Shown one piece after another: positions 25,540 through 38,229 of a DNA stretch of 64,000 nucleotides. The position numbers were made by a program, and so were the translations under genes. Each line of letters begins with the position of its first letter. The first letter of the stretch is position 1. The notes under the pieces were generated by a model. It made no database searches and was not told the DNA's origin. It saw nothing but the letters and a program-made list of their open reading frames with translations. Where the stretch lies: positions 36,890,001-36,954,000 of the forward strand of contig NC_043009.1 of NCBI RefSeq assembly GCF_006345805.1, read 5' to 3'. Source of the stretch: Octopus sinensis. Taxonomy: Eukaryota.

Positions 25540-25880
25540 ACGGCCACCCACTTGGTAGCAAGGTTGGTAAGGAGAGTGTCTTGTTTTAACCATCGACATT
25601 TAAATCTTAAGTTCTTGCAGATTTTTATAGTCCCAGACATCATCATCATTTGTTGCATAAGAAGTAAGGATTTACATTCTCTCCCCCAAGATCCCAAATT
25701 CAGCCATACTTCTCCAGATGGGTTGGTATGTATCCTGTTGCTCCAATAATAATAGCTGAAAGTTTATCTTGGGTGCTGGATTTGCAAACTCCTTATCAAT
25801 GGTTTACAGATGTCTTTCTCTTGTACTTTTTCTAACCACATTCGTGTCTAGAGGGCAGTTGATTTCTACAAAAGAGCATG
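25540..25880 (-). mobile_element. RLE-type LINE C-terminal endonuclease fragment and 3' end
   Basis: Broken minus frames read FVEINCPLDTNVVRK...IIIGATGYIP..L...SGTIKICKN, matching the RLE C-terminal layout (E..CP.D, IIIGA.G). Confidence 0.65.
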
Positions 25881-26087
25881 TATGTGTGTAGGTATGCATG
25901 CATGATCTGTTTTAATACTTTCTGTGGGGAACGAGTTGGTTTCTAACAAAGATACAAAGCTCTGTCACTGAAATGTAGATAAAAACAAAGTTACATTTTA
26001 AACTTGAGAAGAGTTTTGCATATTTTTACTTTTCCACTTACAGAATGTATTTGTACTGTATGCATGTACATACGTACATATGCGAGT

Positions 26088-26408
26088 GAAGGCGCGTGGT
26101 TCAGTGGTTAGGGTGTTCATCTCAGAATCGTGAGGTCGTGTGTTCAATGCCTCGCGGTGCATTGTGTTCTTGATCAAGACACTTCATTTCAGGTTATTCC
26201 AGTTTATACTGCTGGCAAAGATGACTGTACCTATAATTCAAAAAGCAAGCCGTGTCACATTCTGTATCATGCTGAATTTTCTTGAGAACTATGTTAGTGG
26301 TACGCGTGTCTGTGGAATGCTCAGCCTCTTGCACGTTAATTTCACGAGCAGGCTGTTCTGTTGATCGAATCAACTGGAATCCTCGTCTCCGTAACCGACA
26401 GAGCGCCT
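26088..26408 (+). mobile_element. SINE family D (different tRNA head, CORE-like body, family A tail)
   Basis: Head GAAGGCGCGTGGTTCAGTGGTTAGGG, CTTGATCAAGACACTT motif, then GAGAACTATGTTAG...CACGTTAATTTCACGAGCAGGCTGTT...CGTAACCGAC, shared with family A. Confidence 0.8.
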
Positions 26409-26774
26409 CGATGTATACATGCATGTATGTATGTATAAATACATACACACACATATGTACATATGTGTATGTATATATACATATATATATGTGCATATAT
26501 ATGTATAAGTATATATGAGGTGTGTGTGGAGAGAGAGAGTAGTGTGTGTGTATGTCCGAATATTTATGATATTCGCTTCACAACCAGGAGTTTCAGAGTT
26601 CGACTCTACCCCATGAGATCGAATCCAGGACCCCGAAGTGCGAGGCCAAATGCCATTTGTCTGTATCACAGATCCACCAATACCCTGTGAGTTAAGATAG
26701 ACGGAAACAGTGTAGAATTCCGTCGAATGGATTGTGCCTGTTATTCGAAAGGTACATTACATATATACATTCTT

Positions 26775-27585
26775 TTGTTTCAGTCATTTGACTGTGACCA
26801 TGCTGGAGCAACGCTTCAAAAGGGTGTTAGCCGAAGAAATCAATCCCGGGACTTATTCTTTGTAAGCCTAGTACTTATTCTATCGGTCTCTTTTGCCGAA
26901 CCGCTAAGGGGACAAACACACCAGCATATACTGCGCTGCACTGATTCTACCAGAGAATTATAACAACGGCACATGTGTCTTTGGAATACTCATCCACTTA
27001 CAAGCTAATTCACAGAACAGATAGTTCAGTTGATCCAATAATGATGATCCACCTATATGGCAACAAGCTGAGCAAAACCTGTGAATATATATGGAGTCGA
27101 GGGCGGTGACCTGGTAGCACGGTTAGCTCGCCGGTCAAAATGGTTAGCGGCTTTTCGTCCGTCTTTAGGTTCTGAGTTCAAATTCCGCTGAAGTCGACTT
27201 TGCTTTTCATTCTTTTGCGGGTCGAGAAAATAAGTGCCAGTCAAGCACTAAAAGTTTATGTAACTGACTTACTCATTTCCCCGAAATTTCTGGCCTTGTG
27301 CCAAAATTTGAAATCAGCATATATAGATTTAGCTTATTCTCACTTAGAAAGTTAATGTATTCAACCGCTATGAATCATTATGTCTATTGGTTCCCATAAC
27401 AGCAACTTCCTACGTGTATATATGGCTGTACGCACGCCTATATATTTATTTATATGTGTTAGTATATATATTATATGTGTAATACTGATGTAATATCTAT
27501 GATAAAACTAACAAGATTATGAAACAACTGCACACGAATGGAATAAGCATCTATCTCTCACCTCATTTCTCTTATCTGTTCTATA

Positions 27586-27617
<32 letters not shown>

Positions 27618-28020
27618 TACATATATACATCATTTTGTTTCAGTCACTTGACTGTGGCCATGCTGGGTGTTAGCCGAAGAAATCGATCCCGTGACTTATT
27701 CTTTGTAAGCCTAGTACTTATTCTATCAGTCTCTTTTGCCGAACCGCTAAGGGGACATAAACACACCAGCATCAGTTGTCAAGCGATGGCGGGGCAACAA
27801 AAAAATACACACACATACACAGACACACACACACACACACACACAAACACATACACACATACACAAATATATACATATACATAGATACATACATAATTAT
27901 ATATATATATATATAATATATATATATATATACGATGGGCTTCTTCCAGTTTCCGTCTACCAAATCCACCTGGAATCATGTGGTTAAGAAGAAAGCTTCT
28001 TACCACACAGTCACACGTCT
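26775..28020. mobile_element. SINE cluster: C 3' fragment (-, 26775-26915), B (+, 27095-27320), C (-, 27632-28020)
   Basis: Family-diagnostic strings as above, separated by unique sequence and CA/TA tracts. Confidence 0.8.
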
Positions 28021-28032
28021 GTGTTCTGTACA

Positions 28033-28076
<44 letters not shown>

Positions 28077-28090
28077 ACACACACACACAC

Positions 28091-28920
28091 ATATTCACTG
28101 GACATTACCCCAGTTTGATCTGGAAGAATAAATTCTGTGCAGACAATTCCTTTTGCATCGATGAAACAAATCATCATCGTCTAGACATTGGATATCACTT
28201 GACGCAGTTTGGGGCCCTTTCATTGACTTAATTGCTGCATTGTCACCAATGATGACCTTCGTCACCAGTGATGTCCTTCGAAAAAAGGTCCGGATCAATT
28301 TCCAACTGTTCTTTTAGTTCACGACATGCATTCAGTCGACTACTTTTGATCTTCTGTGAGCAAGTGAGGCACAAATTTTGCTGCAAATTTCGCATTACTC
28401 GCTCAAATTCCGTTGGAAAGCGCTCCAGAACAAACCAAGCATATCAACAAGTTTGTCAATTTCACGGCGATGATCCTCCAAGATCAGATGATAAATTTTC
28501 ATGATGTTTTAATTCGTTCGGAAGGTCGATGGTTGCCCTGAATGAGGTTGTTCTTGAAGCGACAAGTGACCACTCTCAAAGCATGAAAACCAGCCATAAA
28601 CTTGTGTTCCGTTCATAGCAGTGTCCTTGTAAGCTGTTTGAGGCGTGAAAACTATTTCGGCACCCGTTTACCCCGGCAGAAAACAGAATTTCATGGAAGC
28701 ACGCTGTTCTTTCGTTTCAGCTATCGCAAACATCGACTGACAGGGGAGAAGATTGCAAAACAAAGACGCACCACATGGCAGCAGGGCCACGCATGACGAC
28801 GCCGGTCGGCAGACTAATGCCGGAGGTATGCATAAAGTGGCTTCTAGCGGCGGAAGACAGAACTACTGCTGGCTTGCCCTACAGAGGACGTTCCCGGTTA
28901 CTTTTGAGTACACCCTCGTA
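28091..28920 (-). mobile_element. Mariner transposon, 5' half, with left TIR
   Basis: Minus strand starts TACGAGGGTGTACTCAAAAGTAACCGGGAAC at a TA. Frames read AAKFVPHLLTEDQK..RLNACRELKEQLEIDPDLFSKDITGDE and MICFIDAKGIVCTEFILPDQT. Truncated at a CA tract. Confidence 0.88.
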
Positions 28921-28950
28921 TACATATGTGTATGTGTATGCATATATATA

Positions 28951-29094
<144 letters not shown>

Positions 29095-29150
29095 GTAAAT
29101 ACATACATACATACATATATAATATATATATACACATACATACATACATA

Positions 29151-30071
29151 TATTGGGTTAACCCATAAATAATGCGATTTTTCAGTTGCTTGAACTAAAA
29201 GTCGGAGAGGGACGGCATAAACTGCCTGCATTAACTTAATATAAAAGCAGGTAGTAATTTTACCTTGTACTTATTCTTATTGCAGATTTTGAAGAGTTCA
29301 GTTCGATTCTAAGAGTTATCTTTGCAAAGCTATAATGGAAATGAAAAAGGAGCATATTCGGTATATTTTGCTTTATGATTCCAATAAAGGCAACAACGCA
29401 ATGGAAAGTGCGAGGAATATTAAAACAGTATATGGGGATCGGACCATAAGAGCAAGCCAGTGTCAACGGTGGTTCCCGAAATTCCGAGCCGGAAACTACA
29501 GCTTAAAAGACGAACCTCGTTCTGGAGGATGTGTAGAGCTCGACGAGGACATACTGCAAATCCTGGTGGAACAAAATCTCATCGCAACTACTGAGGGACT
29601 AGCAGAGAAACTTGGATTTGGTCATTCAACCATTCATCGACACCTGGGATAGAAGAAAAACGACCATCTTCGGTTTCAAGACGAAAGGTGATCTTCCATC
29701 AGGATAATGCTCGGCCACACACACAGCGAGGATGACATTCTAAAGGATGGAGTAGTTTGAATGGGAAGCGATACTCCATCCACGATATTCGCTGGACATT
29801 GCCCCATCTGATTATCATTTATTCTGCTGTCTTCAAACTCATTTGGTCGGAAAAAATCAGCTCTGTAGACGAGGTCAGAACATTCCTGGAGCAGTATTTA
29901 TCGTCACGGACAAGTGAATTTTGGAAGAGGGGCCTGGCAAGTCAACCAGATAGATCGAAGGGCATTGTAGAAAATGAAGGAGAGTATATTGTAGATTAAA
30001 AAAGAATTTTGTTTATCTTAATTTTGAAAAATAAAAGACGTATAAAAACCACATTTATGGGATAACTCAAT
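29151..30071 (+). mobile_element. Internally deleted mariner (SETMAR/cecropia-like) with both TIRs
   Basis: Left TIR TATTGGGTTAACCCATAAATAATGCG and right TIR CCACATTTATGGGATAACTCAATG. ORF MEMKKEHIRYILLY...CQRWF.KFRAGNYSLKDEPRSG..TIHRHL, then HQDNARPH and YS.D.APSDYHL-like pieces. The first catalytic D region is deleted. Confidence 0.9.
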
Positions 30072-30138
30072 GTGTGTGTGTGTGTGCGTGTGTGTGTGTG
30101 TGTGTGTGTATGTGCGTGTGTGTGTGTGTGTGTGTGTA

Positions 30139-30184
<46 letters not shown>

Positions 30185-30955
30185 TGTATGTTGGGGACCA
30201 CAGCATTTCAACTTCAAACGCAAACGCCTTCTCGTATCTGGTTACGTTCTCGTTACTACACGATGACCTATAAAATAAATTTTTGACAAAGAACTATCGG
30301 CTAAAGTTCTTCAAGGTAATGCTCCTGCAGGATACTGATGCCAGAAAAAGAACAAAATATAACCAAAACTTTAGGCGTAGCAAATACCACACAGTTTCAA
30401 TTCTCTTCGCTCCGCATGTCATGCTTCAGAGGAATACAAGGATACCGGAACTTTCGGTGACTTTTTAAAATCATTCTTTGGTGTTTTGTACCGAGAAATA
30501 GGCGTTGATTATCAAAAGAACAAAATATTAATTTGTTGAAAGTAGTATTGATATGTAGAAACTAGAACGCGGTGCCCTTTTAAAGTAAAAGTGTGTTCAA
30601 ACTTTTGTGTTTATACTGTTCAAGTATTGAGAAGCGTGTCATTCATTAACTCTAAGCGGTGTCCCTTTAATGAAATATGTTGAGAAACAGTCATTCCGCA
30701 CGGTCTCACGCCTGGAATAAATGGAATGGAAGAAAATAAATAAATAGATAAATTGAATTCATTGTTTCAAACAAGAAATTTATTATGAACTAATAAATAA
30801 TCAAATAAATATGTTACCGTCACCCACTCACGACCAGCCACAACATTTTAATTTACAGATGTTATACTTTCACTCACACACAAAACCCTATTTTCTCTCA
30901 TAATGATTCTCTCTCTATCTATCTATCTATCTATCTCCTTCTCTCTCTCTCACTC

Positions 30956-31023
<68 letters not shown>

Positions 31024-31081
31024 TGCAGGCATACACTCATCCCCACACATATCCTACATACATACATATATATGTATATAT

Positions 31082-31125
<44 letters not shown>

Positions 31126-31151
31126 TATATATATATAATATATATATATAT

Positions 31152-31625
31152 ATGTACATACATACACAAGAGAAACAGGAAGAAAGTGTGAGAGAAAGTT
31201 GTGGTGAAAGAGTACAGCAGGGTTCGCTACCATCCCCTGCCCCCTGTGGAGGCGCAATAGCCCAATGGTTCGGGCAGCAAACTCGCAGTCTTAGGATCGC
31301 GGTTTCGATTCTCAGACCGGGCGTTGTGAGTGTTTATTGAGCGAGAAAACCTAAAGCTCCACGACCTCCGGCAGGATTCGGTGGTGAACCCTGCCGTACT
31401 CTTTCACCACAACTTTTTCTCGCTCTTTCTTCCTGTTTTTCTTGTACCTGTATTTCAAAGGGCCAGCCTTGTCACACTCTGTTTCACGCTGAATCTCTCC
31501 GAGAACTACGTTAAGGGTACACAATCCTGTGGATTGCACAGCCACTTGCACGTTAATTTCACGAGCAGGCTGTTTCGTTGATCTGATCAACTGGAACCCT
31601 CGTCGTCGTAAACAACGGAGTGCCA
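31152..31625 (+). mobile_element. SINE family A (31248-31625) abutting an antisense family A body fragment (31152-31244)
   Basis: GAGAAAGTTGTGGTGAAAGAGTACAGCAGGG is the reverse complement of the body of the adjacent plus copy. An extra head fragment lies at 31709-31760. Confidence 0.85.
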
Positions 31626-31638
31626 CACACACACTATA

Positions 31639-31687
<49 letters not shown>

Positions 31688-32404
31688 ACATACATACATA
31701 TATATATATGGACGCGCAATGGCCCAGTGATTAGGGCAGCGGACTCACGGTCGTAGGATTATATATATATAAACACACAAACACACATAGACATGTAGTC
31801 TCTGTTTTAGATATCTCACTAGGAAAAAATTCCAAAATGAGAAAAATTCCGCCACATTGCGAAGCCAAAAATCTTGCTCTTGCTGTCTCCGGACTATTTG
31901 ACTTTTTAGGTGAGGGCTTAGCGGTGTTAGGCGAGCTCTTGTTGAGTATAAATTTGAGCATTGACATTCCTGACGCACACACACGCACACACACACACAC
32001 GTATATATGTATGTATGTATGTATATATATAAGACATTTGTGTAGATTTTCTTGTCATTGTTGTTTCTGTGCTTGTTTTATCTGGTCATGGTAATGTTTG
32101 TGTCAGGTAGTTTTACATTTATCGATGAATCTCTCTTCATGATATTGTGTTATCTGGCAAACTGATAGTCAGAAAGAAACTAAAGAAATATATATATAAA
32201 AAAGAGAAGGAAAATACAAAATAAAGATATCAACAATGAAGTTGGCAACAGCACCACCACCAATAATAACAATAATAAAGAAGTAAAATTTCAGGCTCTG
32301 CTCTACATTATTATCACATAGTACAACGCGGTTTACGGCAAATATTGATGTACAGCAAAAATGAAAACACAAACACACGCACACACTTTATATGTTACAA
32401 TATT

Positions 32405-33425
32405 CGTTTCTACACTAGGCAGAAGGCCCGACAACTGGTACTTAATTTGTCGACCCCGAAAGGATGGAAGGCAAAGTCAACTTTGGCGGAATTTGAACTC
32501 AGAACGAAAAAAACAGATTAAATACTTATTTCTTTACTGCCTACAAGGGGCTAAACACAGAGAGGACAAACAAGGACAGAGAAACGGATTAAATCGATTA
32601 TATCGACCTCAGTGCGTAACTGGTACTTATTTAATCGAACTCGAAAGAATGAAAGGCAAAGTCGACCTCGCGGAATTTGAACTCAGAACGTAGCGGCAGA
32701 CGAAATAACGCTAAGCATTTCGCCCGGAGTGCTAACGTTTCTACCAACTCGCCGCCTCATATGTTACAATATTATTATCGCAAAACTGGCAGAAACGTTA
32801 GCATGCCGGGCGAAATTCTTAGCGGTATTTCGTCTGCCGCTACGTTCTGAGTTCAAATTCCGCCGAGGTCGACTTTGCCTTTCATCCTATCGAGGTCGAT
32901 TAAATATGTAGCGGTTACGCATTGTGGTCGATGTAATCGACTTAATCCCTTACTCTGTCCTCGTTTGTCCCCTCTACGTTTAGCCCCCTGTGGGCAATAA
33001 AGAAATAAATATTGTTATCACTAATAAGGCAGCGTGCTGGCGAAAACGCTAGCACACCGAGCGAAATACTTGGTGGTATTTCGCCTGTCGCTTCGATCTG
33101 ATTTCAAATTCCGCCGAGGTCGACTTTGCCTTTTATCCTTTCGGGGTCAATTAAATAAGTACCACTTACGCACTGGGATCGATATAATCGAGTTTATCCA
33201 TTTGTCAGTCCTTGTTTGTCCTCTCTGTGTTTAACCCCTTGTGGGTAGTAAAGAAATAGGTATTTCGTCTGCCGTTACGTTCTGAGTTCAAATTCCGCCG
33301 AGGTCGACTTTGCATTTATCCGTTCGGGGTCGATATATTAAGTACCATTTGCGTGCTGGGGTCCATCTAACCGACGGGCCCCTTCCCCCAAAATTCCGGA
33401 CCTTATACCTCGAGTAGAAACGGAT
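32405..33425. mobile_element. SINE family B cluster: minus dimer (32405-32758), plus monomer (32786-33010), plus dimer (33030-33425)
   Basis: Family strings in both orientations. The 15-bp TSD ATATGTTACAATATT (32390-32404, 32759-32773) brackets the minus dimer. Confidence 0.9.
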
Positions 33426-33704
33426 ATTTACGCTTTCTGTACTTCAGTTTAATCGATACTCGTACTTTTCTGGTGTTTTGTCAAATTCCGCTCGCATAAA
33501 ACTTATCGTTAATGTGTGAGTGTATATGCGTATATGTACACAGAAACACAGACGTATATGAAATAAATATACATATACACACACACAAATAAATGCGCAT
33601 GCATAGATGTATATATGTATGTATATGCATATGTGTGTGTGAGTGCGTGCATGTATTTATATATATATATATAATATATATTATATATATATATATATAC
33701 ACAT

Positions 33705-34025
33705 AGGCGTGGCTGTGTACTAAGAAGTTTGCTTCCACTGACAAGGTTCCGGGTTCAGTCCCACTGCGACTCTTCTACTCTGTGTGTGTGTGTGTGTGGA
33801 TAAGTATGTATGCGTATATGTATTTGTGTGTGTGTGGCTGTGCATGTTTGTTCCCTACCATCGATTTACAACGGGTATTGGTTTGTTTACGTTCGCGCGA
33901 TAGAAAAAGTACAACGCTTTACAAAATAGAAAAATATACTAAGTAATGGGACCGATAAGTTCGACTTAAATTCTTAAATTCTTCAAGGCAGTGTGCCCCA
34001 GCATGGCTGAAACAAGTAAGAAAAA
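33705..34025 (+). mobile_element. SINE family C, degenerate
   Basis: AGGCGTGGCTGTGTACTAAGAAG...GGTTCCGGGTTCAGTCCCACTGCG, internal TG tract, tail CCAGCATGGCTGAAACAAGTAAG. Confidence 0.75.
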
Positions 34026-35133
34026 AAAAAGAAACGATACATACACAGTCATACACGCACATCTATACATTTATGGTGGCGCTTATATAAAAAGGTAAAA
34101 AATGTTTAGAAACGTTACTCTTTTCAAGTACGCTAGAGTCAATCCGCTATCTTGCAGGTAGCTAAGTGTTGCAGGAGTGGGGCTTTTACTTTTAATCGCG
34201 ACCTATCTCCGTGCAGGCTTCTTCTAGTATATATAATATATACGTACATCGGACGGCGAAGCGTAGTCAATGTGGTAGGTCACAGGGGATGAGTTGAGCA
34301 ATCAATTTAATTGTTGAATGTCATACACAGACGCGCGCACGCACACATAGAGAAATTAGTTTTATACGTTATTAGCTTTACTTGCCGTCTGTTTCGGAAA
34401 ACGAGGCACCGATCATGTTGCACTAGATTTAAGATGCAATGCAGGCAGACTCCATAGCTGCACATAATTTGTCGCTGGCCCATTTTTGGACAGGATCTGT
34501 CGGACAACCACTTGAATTTGAGGTCGTTTATATCGAGGTTCGTTCCCGATTGGTTCTTGTTATATTTGACCCTAGAATGTTGAAAAGTATACTCAACTGA
34601 TTTTATCGAGAGTTAAATCAAAATCTTTACCCGATAATTATTGCTATAGAGAATATTGTTATAAAACGGATTTGAAATGATTAAATCGCTAAAACACAAC
34701 TTGGCAAAATAACACAACTGTCATACTGCAATGTAGTTGGGTGAAGTCAATCAGGCGGAACATATCCTTGCCCTTATCGATACACTCGGCAGAATCTCGA
34801 GCAATTATTGTCAACGAGCGACGCAATCGTCAATAAAACGTAACTCGCATTACTTACAGTGGTGAGTAATAGTGACAATTAATAATAAGATATTTACGGC
34901 TAAATGCATAACTATTATGTATTATTTAAGGAATATTGCCAGAAGCACAATGGTTGTAGATACAATGGTGAGTGTACAATACAATGTCAGAGAAGGAGAA
35001 AGAAAGAGAGAAAGAAAGAGAGAGAAAGAGAGAAAGAAAGAGAGAGAAAGCGAGAAAGAGAGAAAGAGAATGAGAGAAAAAGAGAGAGAAAACTAAGGTG
35101 TAAACTTCTTGGCAGGTTGTTATTCCACTTAGT

Positions 35134-35181
<48 letters not shown>

Positions 35182-35363
35182 AGCACACACATATACATAA
35201 ACATTATACACAAAAATACAAATAAATAAATGAATATACATATATATATACTCATATATATATATATATGTGTTTGTGTGTGAATATATATATACATATA
35301 CATACATACATGCATACATGCATATATATATATATATATATATAACGCACCCACTCGACTTCA

Positions 35364-35516
35364 ACTTTATCCTGCAACTTCCGAAATCCTACCACCTGCC
35401 CTCTAAGAGGATCCTGCCTCTCAATGGCTGTAGTATACAGAACCACCCTTACACCATCCGATGGCATTACTAGGCACTATACGGGCATAACAACCAATGA
35501 CTTCAAGGAAAGTTGA
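35364..35516 (+). mobile_element. Penelope-like GIY-YIG endonuclease fragment
   Basis: TLSCNFRNPTTCPLRGSCLSMAVVYRTTLTPSDGITRHYTGITTNDFKES* matches the PLE CxC....CPL.G.CL...VVY...YxG.T...FK.R pattern. Confidence 0.72.
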
Positions 35517-35851
35517 GGCACCTCGTTAGGTCGGAATAATATACACACACAACAATATGTAAATACCAACTTTGGTTAAGGATGTTCTCCGGGTCAGGAG
35601 GTCTTCAGACCATGTAGCCCACTTGATGCTGGGTGTTTCGACTCGGAGGTCACAAGTCTGCAGAGAAAGCGCGTCAGGGAAGTGGAGTTCTCACAGTCCC
35701 TGGATCTAAATGAATTCAAGTGGAGTATCTTTCCTTGAAGTCTTCTACTATCGATATTGGTCTACCACTATTAGCTATCCAGTTTGCAAGTGATATTTTA
35801 ATGTCACGTTGAACGGTAGCACTGACCGGATGATCAGACCGACTCAATATA

Positions 35852-36085
35852 TTTCTTTTTACTTGCCACAAGCGGCTAAACACAGAGGAGGACAAACAAG
35901 GACAGACAAACGGATTAAGTCGATTACATCGTCCCCAGTGCGTAACTGGTACTTAATTTATCGACCCCGAAAGGATGAAAGGCAAAGTCGACCTCGGCGG
36001 AATTTGAACTTGGAACGTAACGACAGACGAAATACGGCTACGCATTTCGCCCGGCGTGCTAACGTTTCTGCCAGCTTGCCGCCTT
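35852..36085 (-). mobile_element. SINE family B monomer (tail 1)
   Basis: TSD GACTCAATATA at 35841-35851 and 36091-36101. Confidence 0.92.
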
Positions 36086-36184
36086 AAACTGACTCAATAT
36101 AGTTTTCTTGGAGGTAGATGACACCGCCGTTGTAGACTGACTAAATGAAGCAGACTTTGCGAAGTGAGGTTTCGAATACTTTAG

Positions 36185-36525
36185 CAAGTATTTGTTTTGA
36201 AGGTGGTAAGTAAGCGATGTGTTAGATCCATGGTATGTGAACGATTTGTCGCAATGGATGCAATAAACGTTATTTTGATATTACTGTCAGCGAACAATTT
36301 AAATCCGAAATGTTCATGTAATCGACCTGATAAAGATTTATATTTCATAACTTGATTCTTCTCTGCCGCCATTTTACTTCCCGACTTCCGGCACATTTAT
36401 TAATGATGGGTAGAAAATTAAATAAGAAACCGATTAATAAAAATTAATCGTTAAAACAAAAATTTACTCGTTGAAATAAATTAACGGTTAATCGATTAAT
36501 TAATCTTTAACTATTAGCAGCCCTA
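36185..36525 (-). mobile_element. hAT transposon 5' end with BED zinc-finger remnant
   Basis: Minus strand starts TAGGGCTG followed by ATCGATTAA-rich subterminal repeats. MAAEKNQ... frameshifts into VYCIHCDKSFTYHGSNTSLTYHLQNK (BED finger). Confidence 0.8.
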
Positions 36526-36799
36526 ATATATATGCATGCATATATCGTTGAGTTTGACCTTAAGATGTTTCCAGTAGTGGGGTCATGTTTCGGGAGTTCC
36601 AGAGTTTTGAGGGTTATGGAACGAGGGCTTAGCCAGACGTCTTCCTAGGTCTTCTTTGATTCTTTTAGCGCCTCGGCTCTAGGTTAAGTATGGTATGAAA
36701 GAAACTCCGAGCACAAACCCTCACTGTCTTGGGAGTACCTTGAGAAACGGAAAAGGGTTGGGGAGAAAATCAAGAAGTGGAAACTCTCAGACAGCTTAT

Positions 36800-37063
36800 C
36801 TGGCCACTACAGTCCCCAGATGTCAATATTATTGAACATTTATGTTGCATTTTATAAAAAAAAGTAAGGAATCAATATCCACTGTCATCACTATAAGAAC
36901 TGGAGACTATTTTAGCTGAAGAATAGACAAAAATTCCTTTGGAAACAATTCAAACTTTGTACGAGTCCATACCTCATAGAATTGAAGCTGTAATTGCTGT
37001 CAAAGGCGGTCCTGCCTCATACCAAAATAAGTTTGAAATTTTAAGGTGTTTCCATTATTTTGT
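36800..37063 (+). mobile_element. Tc1-like transposase C-terminal remnant
   Basis: LIWPLQSPDVNIIEHL...ELETILAEE*TKIPLETIQTLYESIPHRIEAVIAVKGGP, followed by TIR-like GGTGTTTCCATTATTTTGT. Confidence 0.82.
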
Positions 37064-37565
37064 ATATATATATATATATATATATGTACACACACAAACA
37101 CAATCACCCTACATATTTAGATATTAAGATATAGTTTGGAATGTAAAGTGCAGTCACAAGGATTGTCATCGGGATTTCCTTCAACAGTGGCTTTCGAGGT
37201 TTACAGACAACAATAATAGAGGATCAGAAGAAATTAGAGGAGAGGGCGGAGGAATGGTTCCGCCAGATATATAAAGGATAACAATAAAGTAGAAAGAGAT
37301 AAGATGCTAACCATTCGTTACCATTAGTAAGTGTTACCGGAAATAAATGAGAACAGAATAGAGAATTGTCTGTCTCTGAAGCTACTTAGAAATTTTGAGC
37401 GGAAAATACGCTAGCACTGATTGGTTTAGAATTGTGTTACATGAAAAGGCATCTTAGTTATATCTGTGCGAAAGAGTGTATGCGTGTGTGGTATGTGTCT
37501 GCGTACATATTTAAGTGTATATATTTGAGCATGAATTTATGTCGGTATATATATGCATACATACA

Positions 37566-37600
<35 letters not shown>

Positions 37601-37678
37601 CTGATAACGTCAGAAGTACACTTAACACAGAAACACTGATACTGATGTATGTGTACGCATATTTGTATTATAAGTATG

Positions 37679-37737
<59 letters not shown>

Positions 37738-37770
37738 GTGTGTGTTTATAAATATGTATGTGTATATATG

Positions 37771-37848
<78 letters not shown>

Positions 37849-37867
37849 TCTGTAATACATACATACT

Positions 37868-37990
37868 TAGGCGCATGCATGTCGGTGTGATTTAGAATCT
37901 CGCTTAGAACCATGAGATTTCGGGATCAGTTCCACCGCTCAGCCTCTTGGACAAGTGTTTTGTACTATAGCTCTGGGCTATAGTACAAAA
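37868..37990 (+). mobile_element. SINE family C head fragment
   Basis: TAGGCGCA...CTTGGACAAGTGTTTTGTACTATAGCTCTGGGC. Confidence 0.65.
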
Positions 37991-38229
37991 ACAGCGACTT
38001 GGAAAATTCAGCTTGCGCTTCCGTAGGAAAGTTTGCCAGAAACAAGACAATCCGTGGAAAAAAATGTTAGTACTAAGTATCCTTGAAAATATCAGTGTTA
38101 CACCCGGTACAAACCAGTTACTCAACACCCTAAAGTCCCCAATTGCAGACAAATGCATAAGCTTAAAGAAAAAGCGGGTTGAGCAAGCGACACAGCACAG
38201 AATAGAAAGGTCGCTGAAGCCAATTCGTG

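Noticed and set aside
37138-37149. TGGAATGTAAAG matching the first 12 nt of miR-1
   Set aside because: The remainder diverges and no precursor hairpin is visible.
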